A DNA stretch of 64,000 bases, from the NCBI GenBank assembly GCA_903910585.1, contig CAIWAH010000256.1, forward strand, positions 7,207 to 71,206. The letters are read 5' to 3'. A program made the translations under genes and the position numbers. Positions 49,646 through 58,030 of this stretch are shown here, piece by piece (within the stretch, counting starts at the first letter, position 1; each line of letters opens with the position of its first letter). Source of the DNA: an uncultured Verrucomicrobiota bacterium. Lineage in GTDB: Bacteria; Verrucomicrobiota; Verrucomicrobiia; Limisphaerales; UBA9464. The notes beneath the pieces are model-generated. The model worked only from the letters and a program-made list of their open reading frames with translations, had not been told where the DNA came from and did no database searches.

Positions 49646-50617
49646 ATGGAATTCGCACAACAGCTCCTCAACGGCATCTCGCTCGGCGCCATCTACGCCC
49701 TGATCGCGCTGGGCTACACAATGGTCTATGGGGTCCTGCGGTTCATCAATTTCGCCCACAGCGACGTCTTCATGCTCGGCGCCTACGCCGGCCTGCTCCT
49801 CACCCCGAAGCTCGGCGGCGGCACCTTCGGCGGCGGCCTCGCCGTGCTGGCCGCCTCGATGGCCGTCACCGCCGCGCTTGGGGTTGTCATCGAAAAGGTC
49901 GCCTACCGCCCCCTCCGCGGACGTTCGACCCTCACCGTGCTCATCACGGCGATCGGCGTGTCGCTGCTGATCCAGAACGTCGCCCAGAACCGCCAGGTCG
50001 GCTTCGGCCCCAATCCCAAGGCCTTCCCGGCGGTGTTCCCGCAGAAGACGTTCTCGTGGGAAGTCGCGCCGGCGATGACCAACACGGTGGCCGCGACCGC
50101 CGATACCGCTCCCACGGTAAACGTCGTGCCGGCCAAAACGCTGAGCGTGAACACCAACCAGCTCGCCGTGCTCGTTGTGTCGCTTGCCCTGCTCGGGGCG
50201 CTGCACTGGATCGTGCATCACACGAAGATCGGCACCGCGATGCGCGCCGTCTCGTTCAACGCCACCGCGTCGTCGCTCGTCGGCATCAACAATGATGCCA
50301 TCATCTCGTTCACCTTCGCGCTGGGTTCCGCGCTGGCCGGCGCCGGCGGCATCCTCTACGCAATGAACTATCCCACGATTGACCCGCTCATGGGCACGCT
50401 GCCGGGACTGAAGGCGTTCGTCGCCGCCGTGCTCGGCGGCATCGGCAACCTGCCCGGTGCGGCCCTCGGCGGCCTGCTGATCGGCCTGCTGGAGACCTTC
50501 GTGAAGGGCAGCCGCTGGTCCACGTATTCCGACGCCATCGCCTTCGCCATCCTGATCCTGATCCTGCTGTTCCGCCCGGCGGGGTTGCTGGGGAAACTAA
50601 GGGTGGAGAAAGTATAA
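49646..50617 (+). CDS. livH: Branched-chain amino acid ABC transporter permease
   Basis: ATG at 49646. 'LLNGISLGAIYALIALGYTMVYGVLRFINFAHSDVFMLGAY' is the typical LivH N-terminus. Confidence 0.9.
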   Translation: MEFAQQLLNGISLGAIYALIALGYTMVYGVLRFINFAHSDVFMLGAYAGLLLTPKLGGGTFGGGLAVLAASMAVTAALGVVIEKVAYRPLRGRSTLTVLITAIGVSLLIQNVAQNRQVGFGPNPKAFPAVFPQKTFSWEVAPAMTNTVAATADTAPTVNVVPAKTLSVNTNQLAVLVVSLALLGALHWIVHHTKIGTAMRAVSFNATASSLVGINNDAIISFTFALGSALAGAGGILYAMNYPTIDPLMGTLPGLKAFVAAVLGGIGNLPGAALGGLLIGLLETFVKGSRWSTYSDAIAFAILILILLFRPAGLLGKLRVEKV

Positions 50618-50625
50618 CCGAGGCT

Positions 50626-50967
50626 ATGGAACCGGGAATCATCCTATCCTTCGCATTCAGTTGGGCCGTCGGTGCGGCGTTGGCTTGGCTGGGTTTCTCC
50701 TGTATTCGTGGCCGAACTCCAAGGGGCGGATGGCTCTGGATTCCTGCCACAGCAATAGGGATGGGTTTCGCGCCTTCCCTCATTGCGGGTGGCGGTCATT
50801 TTGCGGCTCTCCTCCCGGCAGTCCTCGCGTTCTTCGTGTCTTTAGGCGGTGACGGCGAAGGGTTGGCACTGAGCGTCGTCTCGATTGTGGCCGTAACGCT
50901 TGTTGCCTGGTTCGGCGTGTTGATGATTGATGCGCTGAGAGCAAGGCGGCGGAAGCGTTCCCATTGA
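50626..50967 (+). CDS. Small hypothetical membrane protein
   Basis: ATG at 50626, 8 nt after the livH stop. Three or four hydrophobic segments are present and the C-terminus is basic. No family was recognised. Confidence 0.4.
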   Translation: MEPGIILSFAFSWAVGAALAWLGFSCIRGRTPRGGWLWIPATAIGMGFAPSLIAGGGHFAALLPAVLAFFVSLGGDGEGLALSVVSIVAVTLVAWFGVLMIDALRARRRKRSH

Positions 50968-51009
50968 CGCCGTTGCCACGTTTGCCCGGCTTGAACACAT
51001 TCCTCCCCA

Positions 51010-51234
51010 ATGAAAACTGCCACTTTATCAGCTCCTCAATTCGTGACCGACGCCAAAGGCAGGCAGGTTGGCGTTCTGCTCAATCTCAAGGCCTACCAGC
51101 GCCTCCTTGAAGCCCAGGAGGAACTGGAAGACATCGCGGCCTACGATGCTGCGCGCCCCAAGGTGATGGCTGAGTTGGCCAAGGGTGACTTCATGACGAT
51201 CACAGAGTTCATCACCAAACACGGTGCCAAGTGA
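51010..51234 (+). CDS. Type II antitoxin (Phd/YefM- or RelB-like)
   Basis: ATG at 51010. The 74-aa product's stop overlaps the toxin start (GTGA). The sequence is 'AKGRQVGVLLNLKAYQRLLEAQEELEDIAAYD'. Confidence 0.75.
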   Translation: MKTATLSAPQFVTDAKGRQVGVLLNLKAYQRLLEAQEELEDIAAYDAARPKVMAELAKGDFMTITEFITKHGAK

Positions 51235-51485
51235 ATTACACCGTCGTCGTCACCAAATCGGCCCAGAAGCAATTGCTCGCCTTGCCGGCTGAGGTTCGGG
51301 AACGGCTTTCGGGGCGGATCGAAGCCTTGGCCAAGGTGCCAAGGCCGCCTGACGTGAAGAAGCTCCGCGGCCGGGAGGCTTGGCGAATCCGCGTGGGCGA
51401 TTATCGGGTGATTTACGAAATTCACGACCGAATCCTGCGGGTGATCGTCATCAACGTCGGTCATCGCCGGGAAATCTACCGCTAA
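51231..51485 (+). CDS. RelE/ParE-family type II toxin
   Basis: GTG at 51231. '..KKLRGREAWRIRVGDYRVIYEIHDRILRVIVINVGHRREIY' is the classic RelE/StbE C-terminus. Confidence 0.9.
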   Translation: MNYTVVVTKSAQKQLLALPAEVRERLSGRIEALAKVPRPPDVKKLRGREAWRIRVGDYRVIYEIHDRILRVIVINVGHRREIYR

Positions 51486-51506
51486 GCCCGCATCCAGCAT
51501 CCAGCC

Positions 51507-52466
51507 GTGCCTCCCAAATCCCAGCTCTGCCTGCTCGCCGCCCTCGCCGTCGCCGGGGTCGCCACGGCGTTCGCCGGCCGCATGGATCCCTATTTCCTCG
51601 ACGTGCTGCTGAGCGTCGGTGTGAGCGTGGTGCTCGCGGCCAGCCTCAACCTCATCAACGGCTTCACGGGACAGTTCTCGCTCGGCCACGCGGGCTTCAT
51701 GGCCGTGGGTGCCTACACGGCGGCGACGCTCACCAAGACGCTCGGGGCCAAGCTGCTCCCGCTCGTCGGCGGACAGCCCTGGGTGCTCCTACCGCTGGCC
51801 CTGTTCGCCGGTGGGCTCACCGCGGCGCTGGCGGGCTTCCTGGTCGGCGCCCCGTCGCTGCGGCTGAAGGGCGATTACCTCGCCATCGTCACGCTCGGCT
51901 TCGGCGAGATCATCAAGGTGATCCTCCAGAACGTGGAGTTCGTCGGCGGCGCGCTCGGCCTGAACGGCCTGCCCACCACGCTCAACCCGGCGTGGAGCGG
52001 CGTGATCGTGTTCGCCACGCTCGCGGCGCCCATGCTCACCGTCTATGTCGTCTGGGGCCTGCTGAACTCGACCTACGGCCGCGGCTTCCTCGCGGTGGCC
52101 GACGACGAGGTGGCGGCCGAGGCCATGGGTCTGAACACGACCCGCTACAAGATCACCGCCTTCGTGGTCGGCGCGTTCTTCGCCGGCGTGGCGGGCGGGC
52201 TTTACGCGCACATCAAGGGCACGCTCACGCCCGGCGGCTTCGACTTCAACAAGAGCATCGAGATCGTGGTGATGGTCATCCTCGGCGGCATGGGCCGGCA
52301 TGTCGGCGTGATCCTGGCGGCCGTGCTGCTCACCGTGCTGAGCGAAACCCTGCGGAAGTTCGGCGACTACCGCATGATCCTCTATTCGCTCCTGCTGATC
52401 GTGCTGATGCTCACGCGGCCGCAGGGCCTGTTCACCTGGCCGCTGTGGAAGAGAAAGGCGGCATGA
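51507..52466 (+). CDS. livM: Branched-chain amino acid ABC transporter permease
   Basis: GTG at 51507. 'NLINGFTGQFSLGHAGFMAVGAY' and 'LRLKGDYLAIVTLGFGEI' are present. Confidence 0.9.
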   Translation: MPPKSQLCLLAALAVAGVATAFAGRMDPYFLDVLLSVGVSVVLAASLNLINGFTGQFSLGHAGFMAVGAYTAATLTKTLGAKLLPLVGGQPWVLLPLALFAGGLTAALAGFLVGAPSLRLKGDYLAIVTLGFGEIIKVILQNVEFVGGALGLNGLPTTLNPAWSGVIVFATLAAPMLTVYVVWGLLNSTYGRGFLAVADDEVAAEAMGLNTTRYKITAFVVGAFFAGVAGGLYAHIKGTLTPGGFDFNKSIEIVVMVILGGMGRHVGVILAAVLLTVLSETLRKFGDYRMILYSLLLIVLMLTRPQGLFTWPLWKRKAA

Positions 52467-53389
52467 CGGAGCACCTGGCCCAACTCCGCACGATCATCGC
52501 CGATTCGCCCCTGCGGAACCGGTCGGCCGAATTGCTGGCGTTGGTCCAGCCGGCCGTTCACCTGCGCAAGCGGATGACGGAGGCCCGAAAGGAAGGTCCG
52601 CGCCGTTGGTTCGGACTGCGCAGCGGCGAGTCCACGACAGTCCGCCAGGCGATGCCCGTGGCAGTGGGCGCCTCCAAGCTGGGCGGGCTGCCCGACGTCA
52701 ACGCCGGGTTCGTGTGGCCGCATCTCCACGGCAAGCCGCTGGGATTCATCGGACAACTCCGGTGCGCGGACCTGCCCGTGGCCGGGTTGGGTCCAGACTG
52801 GCCGACTGACGGGCTGCTGCACTTCTTCTACGACCTCGAGGAGCAGCCGTGGGGAGGCGACGACGTCACGGCGGAAACGCCCTTCGTCCTCTATACCGAA
52901 AGCACCGACGGCCTGCGCCCGGCCCCAACCCCGGCCGGCGCCCCGGCAACCGGACTGATCCTGCCGCAGTTCGGTCTGGAACCGGAAGTGGTGGCGACGC
53001 TGCCGGATTTTCAGGCCCCGGAAACCACCGCCCTCGGGTTCGAAGACGCCGAAGCCGATGCCTACCTCGAGATCCGGACGGCGCTCGGCGAGTCCGTGCA
53101 TGGCGGCGGCCCGGACCATCACGCGGGCGGCCATGCGAACAATGTTCAGGGTGATGTCCGGGTGGAGTTCGAGGTTTACACCAGCCCGGACTCCGACCCG
53201 CGCACGAAGGAAGACTGGATCGCCGCCGCCGGCCGGGCTCAGGACTGGCGCCTTCTGCTCCAGGTGGACACCGACGATGACCTCGGGGTGATGTGGGGCG
53301 ATGCCGGGATGATTTACTTCGGCATCCGGGCCGCCGACCTGAGGCAACGGCGCTTCCAGCGTGCGCAGGTGATGCTGCAATGTTCATGA
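52463..53389 (+). CDS. DUF1963 (YwqG-like) protein
   Basis: ATG at 52463 overlaps the livM stop (ATGA). 'SKLGGLPDV...WP....KPLGFIGQL.....P.DGLLHFFYD' and the C-terminal 'WRLLLQVDTDDDLGVMWGDAGMIYFGI' are present. Only the last 308 aa of the 669-aa track ORF are used. Confidence 0.75.
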   Translation: MTEHLAQLRTIIADSPLRNRSAELLALVQPAVHLRKRMTEARKEGPRRWFGLRSGESTTVRQAMPVAVGASKLGGLPDVNAGFVWPHLHGKPLGFIGQLRCADLPVAGLGPDWPTDGLLHFFYDLEEQPWGGDDVTAETPFVLYTESTDGLRPAPTPAGAPATGLILPQFGLEPEVVATLPDFQAPETTALGFEDAEADAYLEIRTALGESVHGGGPDHHAGGHANNVQGDVRVEFEVYTSPDSDPRTKEDWIAAAGRAQDWRLLLQVDTDDDLGVMWGDAGMIYFGIRAADLRQRRFQRAQVMLQCS

Positions 53390-54159
53390 CGACCCCGCTG
53401 CTCCAACTCACCGACGTTACGATCCGCTTCGGCGGTCTCACGGCCGTTTCCGGCGTCTCGGCAACCGTGGGCGAGCGCGAACTCGTGGGCCTGATCGGTC
53501 CGAACGGTGCGGGGAAGACCACGGTCTTCAATCTGATCACCGGCGTTTATCAGCCGACCGAAGGACGGATCGAGTTCGCGGGCGAACCGACCGCCAAGCT
53601 GCGACCCTTCGAGCTCACCGAACGCGGCATCGCCCGGACGTTCCAGAACATCCGCCTGTTCCCCAGCCTGACCGTGTTCGACAACGTCCGGGTGGCCTTC
53701 CACCTGCACCTTGCGCACGACGCCGTCCACTCGCTCACCCGTGGCCCGAAGTTCCAGCGCGAGGAGGTCGAACTCCGCGAGCGCACCCGGGAGCTGCTGT
53801 CCATCTTCAGCCTCGAACGCGTGCAGGAGGAACCGGCCAAGAGCCTTTCCTACGGCGACCAGCGCCGGCTCGAGATCATCCGCGCCCTCGCCACGCGCCC
53901 CAAGCTGCTGCTCCTCGACGAACCCGCCGCCGGCATGAACCCCGCCGAAAAGGTCGAGCTGATGAAGCTGATCCAGTTCATCCAGGAGAAGTTCCGGCTC
54001 GCCATCCTGCTTGTGGAGCACGACATGAAAGTCGTCATGGGCATCTGCCAGCGCATCCACGTCCTCGAATACGGCCGCAAGATTGCCGAAGGCACGCCGG
54101 CCGAGATCCGGGCGAACCCGGCCGTGATCGCGGCCTACCTAGGGAAGGAACACGCGTGA
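53380..54159 (+). CDS. livG: Branched-chain amino acid ABC transporter ATP-binding protein
   Basis: ATG at 53380; a second ATG at 53386 overlaps the DUF1963 stop. 'FGGLTAVSGVS', Walker A 'GPNGAGKTT', 'LSYGDQRRLEI' and 'LLLDEPAAGM' are present. Confidence 0.9.
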   Translation: MFMTTPLLQLTDVTIRFGGLTAVSGVSATVGERELVGLIGPNGAGKTTVFNLITGVYQPTEGRIEFAGEPTAKLRPFELTERGIARTFQNIRLFPSLTVFDNVRVAFHLHLAHDAVHSLTRGPKFQREEVELRERTRELLSIFSLERVQEEPAKSLSYGDQRRLEIIRALATRPKLLLLDEPAAGMNPAEKVELMKLIQFIQEKFRLAILLVEHDMKVVMGICQRIHVLEYGRKIAEGTPAEIRANPAVIAAYLGKEHA

Positions 54160-54165
54160 ACTTGA

Positions 54166-54306
54166 AAAGCGAAGACGCGACGGCGCGAAGAGCGCAAGGA
54201 GGTGGAGACCTAATTTGGAAAACAGGAAAACAGGAATGGGCCTGTCTTCTTCCTGCCTTCCTGATTTCCAGAATCAATGCCTTCGCGTCTTCGCGCCTTC
54301 GCTGTT
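54166..54306. repeat. ~140-nt imperfect palindromic element in the livG-livF spacer
   Basis: Outer arms 'agcgaagacgcgacggcgcgaag' and 'cttcgcgtcttcgcgccttcgct' pair. Inner arms 'ggaaaacaggaaaacaggaa' and 'ttcttcctgccttcctgatttcc' pair imperfectly. The element is A/T-richer than the flanking genes. Confidence 0.65.
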
Positions 54307-54311
54307 AATCC

Positions 54312-55019
54312 ATGCTCGAAGTCCAAAATCTCACGGTCAATTACGGCGCCATCACCGCGCTGCACGATGTTTCGCTGCGCGTGGACAAAGGCGAGATCGT
54401 CACGCTCATCGGCGGCAACGGCGCGGGCAAGACGACCACGCTCCGCGCCATCTCCGGCATGCTGAAACCCAAGTCCGGCTCCATCCGCTACGAGGGCCAG
54501 GACATCACCGGCCGGCCCGCGCACCGGCTCGTGGGCCAGGGCCTCGCCCACTCGCCGGAAGGCCGGATGGTCTTCGCCAACCTGACCGTCCGCGAGAACC
54601 TGCAGATGGGCGCCTACCTCCAGCGCGACCAGGGCGTCATCGCGCGCGAGGAGGAGTTCGTCTTCACCATGTTCCCGCGGCTCAAGGAACGGGAAGCCCA
54701 GCTCGCCGGCACGCTCTCCGGCGGCGAACAGCAGATGCTCGCCATCGGCCGCGCGCTGATGAGCCAGCCCCGCTGCCTGCTGCTGGATGAACCCTCACTC
54801 GGCATCGCGCCGCTGCTGGTGAAGCTGATCTTTGAGAAGATCGTGGAACTGAACCGCGTCCGCGGGCTGACCATCCTGCTGGTGGAACAGAACGCCAACC
54901 TCGCGCTGGAAATCTCCCACCGCGGCTACGTGCTGGAAACCGGCCGCATCATCCTCGCCGATCAGGCCGCGGCGCTGCGGGCCGATCCCAAGGTGCGCGA
55001 GGCGTATTTGGGTGGTTAA
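54312..55019 (+). CDS. livF: Branched-chain amino acid ABC transporter ATP-binding protein
   Basis: ATG at 54312. 'YGAITALHDVSL', Walker A 'GGNGAGKTT', 'LSGGEQQMLAIGRAL' and 'LLLDEPSLGIAP' are present. Confidence 0.9.
   Translation: MLEVQNLTVNYGAITALHDVSLRVDKGEIVTLIGGNGAGKTTTLRAISGMLKPKSGSIRYEGQDITGRPAHRLVGQGLAHSPEGRMVFANLTVRENLQMGAYLQRDQGVIAREEEFVFTMFPRLKEREAQLAGTLSGGEQQMLAIGRALMSQPRCLLLDEPSLGIAPLLVKLIFEKIVELNRVRGLTILLVEQNANLALEISHRGYVLETGRIILADQAAALRADPKVREAYLGG
54960..55019. repeat. Direct repeat, copy A (the functional 3' end of livF)
   Basis: About 85% of the 60 nt are identical to 56202-56261, including a ~25-nt perfect core 'gatcccaaggtgcgcgaggcgtat'. Both copies encode '..ADPKVREAYLGG*'. 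Confidence 0.85.
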
Positions 55020-55297
55020 CCCGGTGGCGCGTTCGTTCCCCGACGCAACCGTTCGTAGATCGGGCTCCACCCTGGCCATCGGTTGGTCAGTTTGCGGAGC
55101 GATTCGCGGGTGTCCGGCCGAAAAGCCTGCCGACCATAGGTCACCAGACTGCTTTCAATCGCTGGCAGAAAGACCGTGGGCTCAACCTTGGCTCGGCGCA
55201 CTGCGACCAGCAGTGCTTCCTGCCGCTCCGACTCGTGCTCCGACATCAACAGGGGCATGAGCGCTTCTGGATTCACCGGGACTCGCAACGACTGCAA
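55016..55297 (-). CDS. Hypothetical protein (possible HEAT-like fragment)
   Basis: The track start is TTG and the frame stays open upstream. The region is visibly A/T-richer than the liv genes. Coding evidence is weak. Confidence 0.3.
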   Translation of the reverse strand: MQSLRVPVNPEALMPLLMSEHESERQEALLVAVRRAKVEPTVFLPAIESSLVTYGRQAFRPDTRESLRKLTNRWPGWSPIYERLRRGTNAPPG

Positions 55298-55363
55298 CGT
55301 GCTCAGGGCAACATTACGGACCTTGAGATTGGTGTGAGCGAGTAGGCGCTCTACGACCGGGGC

Positions 55364-56167
55364 TTAGTTGGTCAGTTTAAAATCCCTGACCAGTCCGACG
55401 GCAACCTTGGTTTCATTGGTGGAAAGGTTCGGGAGGCGCCGCCCGATTTCCGCCAGGAACTCTTGGCGCTGCGGGGAATGCTCAACCCATTCGACGAACT
55501 TCCATACTGCCTCTCGTCCCTGCAAGACGGCCTCCACCCGTCCGTTCAATTCCGCCGTGGAAACGACGGCATTGGTATAGTCAAAGGTCGGAGCAATCGC
55601 CTTGAGGGACGAAAGCAGGGCCAGACCGTTCGTTCCGTGGGCATCAAACGTATTCCACACCTCAGTCCCGAGCAGGGGGAAGGCGATGTTGTCGCATTGC
55701 CAGCAAAGGGTGACCTCCAACCGCCGCCACGGACCAAAGTAGAAACGGATCGCGTAGCCCGGTTCATGGCAACCCGCCTGCTCAGACGTAATGTAATCCT
55801 GCCGTCGCCACAGATCTGCCAGCCGTTGGGCGGCAGCTCCCTCAACATCTGCACGGCGATAAACCAGATACTTGTTTTCACTCCAAAGACGGCGCCGATA
55901 GGTCGGCAGCCCAGGGAAACGGGCCGCCAATTCCGTCGAAGCTTCCGGGCCGAGCGAAAGCACCTCCACTGAAGTCACTTTTCCCAGTCCGGTGCCGTAG
56001 CGGTTCACCAAGTAGTGTTCCGGGTCTTCGGAGAATTGGTGAAACTCCCAGCCGGCCGCCAACATGGCCAAAACCACGATGGTTCCGAACAGCTTGCCGG
56101 CCCACCGGCGGGCCTTCTGCCAGCGCGTGGTTCCTTCTGGCTTCAGAGTGGTCGCGGAAGGCTGCAT
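55364..56167 (-). CDS. Hypothetical N-terminally anchored protein
   Basis: ATG at 56167 (MQPSATT...); the track GTG is at 56200. TM segment 'LFGTIVVLAMLAAGW'. Cys pairs 'CHEPGY....CWQCDN' are present. No family was recognised. Confidence 0.5.
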   Translation of the reverse strand: MQPSATTLKPEGTTRWQKARRWAGKLFGTIVVLAMLAAGWEFHQFSEDPEHYLVNRYGTGLGKVTSVEVLSLGPEASTELAARFPGLPTYRRRLWSENKYLVYRRADVEGAAAQRLADLWRRQDYITSEQAGCHEPGYAIRFYFGPWRRLEVTLCWQCDNIAFPLLGTEVWNTFDAHGTNGLALLSSLKAIAPTFDYTNAVVSTAELNGRVEAVLQGREAVWKFVEWVEHSPQRQEFLAEIGRRLPNLSTNETKVAVGLVRDFKLTN

Positions 56168-56201
56168 GGCGATTCGACATCCTGTCCGACGAAGGCTCAC
56201 G

Positions 56202-56261
56202 GATCAATCCGGGGCGCTCCGGGCTGATCCCAAGGTGCGCGAGGCGTATCTGGGCGGGTGA
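56202..56261. repeat. Direct repeat, copy B (displaced relic of the livF 3' end)
   Basis: See 54960-55019. It retains an in-frame stop but has no livF-like sequence upstream of 56202. Confidence 0.85.
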
Positions 56262-56401
56262 GGCGGAGCACGGACGGTCTGCGTCCGCGTGAATGACTCC
56301 GCGGTTCCCGGTGGTCGTGCGGACGAGACCGTCCGCGCTCCGGTCGGCCACTGGAAACTCCCCGCTGCCATCCCAACGCGGGTTCGGGGCAAGCTCCGCC
56401 C

Positions 56402-57277
56402 ATGCCCTTCCTGCTGGTTCAACGTTCGCTCACACCGCCGGCCGTCGAGGCCGTGCAACGCGCCTTCCAAACCACCGGCATTTTCCACGCGCTGGATGCA
56501 GTCAGCTTCGTGAAGGACGCCTTCGGGGTGCTGGCGAAGGGGCTCGAGGAGTATCCGGCCAAGCAGTTGCAATACGCCCTGGCTGCCCAGGGCGTGGAGG
56601 TGGACGTCGTGGACGACCGGGAGTGGCCCGCGTTGCCCCCGGCCAAACGGATCGTGCGCGCGTCCTGCTGGGCGGAGGGTTTTGAACCGTTGGATCCGCT
56701 CGGCCGGCCGCTGCACGTTCCGTGGGATCAGGTGTTGGCAGTCAGCGCGGGACTGGTGCGGCGGGAAGAATTTGGAAGCCGCGAAGTCGGGAGCGTGCAA
56801 CCCCTCTCCGGGGACACCCATGCCATGCTTGATGTCGCGGCCACCACCTGGGATCTGGCGCAGGGCCGAATCGGAAGCGTTCTGGTGGACCGCCTTTTCC
56901 CGGACAGTCGTGAAACGGAATCCCCTTCCAAGACTGCTCCATTCGCCCTGTCCCGGGAGGAACGCAACTGGCGCTGGTGCGCGGAAGTCATTCTGGCCGG
57001 CGGACTTCGGTTTGTCTGGCAGGCCCATGAATTTCAGTTCGCCAGCCTCGGCGACCGGTTGTCCCGCGATCCGGCGGACAACTTCGGCACCTTCCTGCGC
57101 GATCTGCTGTCGGCCGTGCCGCAGGCGCTGCTGAACCGGGGTGCCTTCGCGCTCCGGGAAAACCAGCCGGAAACCGGGCCCCGGTATCCGACCCGGAACG
57201 CCTTCGCCGAAGAAACCCAATGGCTGCTCTGGCGTCTGCGCCGGGCGGGACGTTACGCTCCGCCCGCTGACGCATGA
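56402..57277 (+). CDS. Hypothetical protein, paralog 1
   Basis: ATG at 56402. It is colinear with the next gene: 'LVQ..', '(Q/E)RAF', 'DA..FV.DA(F/Y)G.LA', 'EV.VV', 'DPL.RP..VPW' and the C-terminal 'W.L(L/V)WRLR'. Confidence 0.55.
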   Translation: MPFLLVQRSLTPPAVEAVQRAFQTTGIFHALDAVSFVKDAFGVLAKGLEEYPAKQLQYALAAQGVEVDVVDDREWPALPPAKRIVRASCWAEGFEPLDPLGRPLHVPWDQVLAVSAGLVRREEFGSREVGSVQPLSGDTHAMLDVAATTWDLAQGRIGSVLVDRLFPDSRETESPSKTAPFALSREERNWRWCAEVILAGGLRFVWQAHEFQFASLGDRLSRDPADNFGTFLRDLLSAVPQALLNRGAFALRENQPETGPRYPTRNAFAEETQWLLWRLRRAGRYAPPADA

Positions 57278-57948
57278 GATACGCCCTCGTTCAGACGACG
57301 CAGACCCGCCCGCCGTTGGACGCCCTGGAACGCGCCTTTGCCTGCGGGCGCGGCCTCACGCCCGCCGACGCAAAGTTCGTCGCGGACGACGCCTACGGTT
57401 TTCTCGCCCGCGACCTATCCATCGAGGATGCCCTTTTCCTTCAGAATTCGCTCGCGACCGAAGCCATCGAGGTGCAGGTCGTGCCCGAGTCGGACCTGCC
57501 GCGCCTGCCCGAGTCCAAGCTGTTCCGCTTCGCCGAGCTCCAGCCCGATGCGCTGGTGATCTATGATCCGCTGGAACGGCCCGTGCGCGTGCCGTGGAAC
57601 TCGATCCGCGTTGTGGCCGCGGGCAACGACGGCAAGGCCTTCATCCTCGAGGTGATCGTCGGCGACGCGGAGATGCGTTTCAGTTCCACGCTGGAAAAGC
57701 TGCAGTTCAACCGCATGCCGCATTTCTTCAGCCCCGCGGAGCCGGACAACGTGGGCGAAGCCTACCGGCAGCTGGTCGCGGAGCTCGTGCACCGCTGCTC
57801 AGGCGGCGTGCCCAACCGCGCGGCCCATTTCCTCGCGCAGGACAACCTCGCCGGCGACGTGACCGAGGCGATCAGTTACCCGCGCCCGGGCGCCTACCTC
57901 GAGGAGCTCACCTGGCTGGTCTGGCGGCTGCGCCAGCCGCTGGCCTGA
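57274..57948 (+). CDS. Hypothetical protein, paralog 2
   Basis: ATG at 57274 overlaps the previous stop (ATGA). The shared motifs are listed under paralog 1. Confidence 0.55.
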   Translation: MRYALVQTTQTRPPLDALERAFACGRGLTPADAKFVADDAYGFLARDLSIEDALFLQNSLATEAIEVQVVPESDLPRLPESKLFRFAELQPDALVIYDPLERPVRVPWNSIRVVAAGNDGKAFILEVIVGDAEMRFSSTLEKLQFNRMPHFFSPAEPDNVGEAYRQLVAELVHRCSGGVPNRAAHFLAQDNLAGDVTEAISYPRPGAYLEELTWLVWRLRQPLA

Positions 57949-57978
57949 TACCATTTCCCAGAGATAACCGGACTAAAC

Positions 57979-58030
57979 GGTGGGCGGTTTCCCCCGGAAA
58001 CCGCGGCGGGTTGCGGGGCAACCCGCCCAC
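57979..58030. repeat. GGGCGGTT...AACCCGCCCAC stem-loop repeat, copy 1
   Basis: The sequence is 'ggtgggcggtttcccccggaaaccgcggcgggttgcggggcaacccgcccac'. The termini GTGGGCGG(T)T and AACCCGCCCAC pair. It is about 80% identical to 62532-62582. Confidence 0.75.

Noticed and set aside
51380-52462. The first 361 aa of the 669-aa track ORF 51380-53389.
   Set aside because: This is a shadow frame over livM with an Arg/Pro/Gly-rich translation. Only the segment from ATG 52463 (DUF1963) carries family motifs and is ATGA-coupled to livM.
14977-53389. A functional link between the MORN/YwqK-like gene (14977-15597) and the DUF1963/YwqG-like gene (52463-53389), by analogy with the Bacillus ywq locus.
   Set aside because: They lie ~37 kb apart in unrelated operons, and no LXG/YwqJ-type toxin is recognisable.
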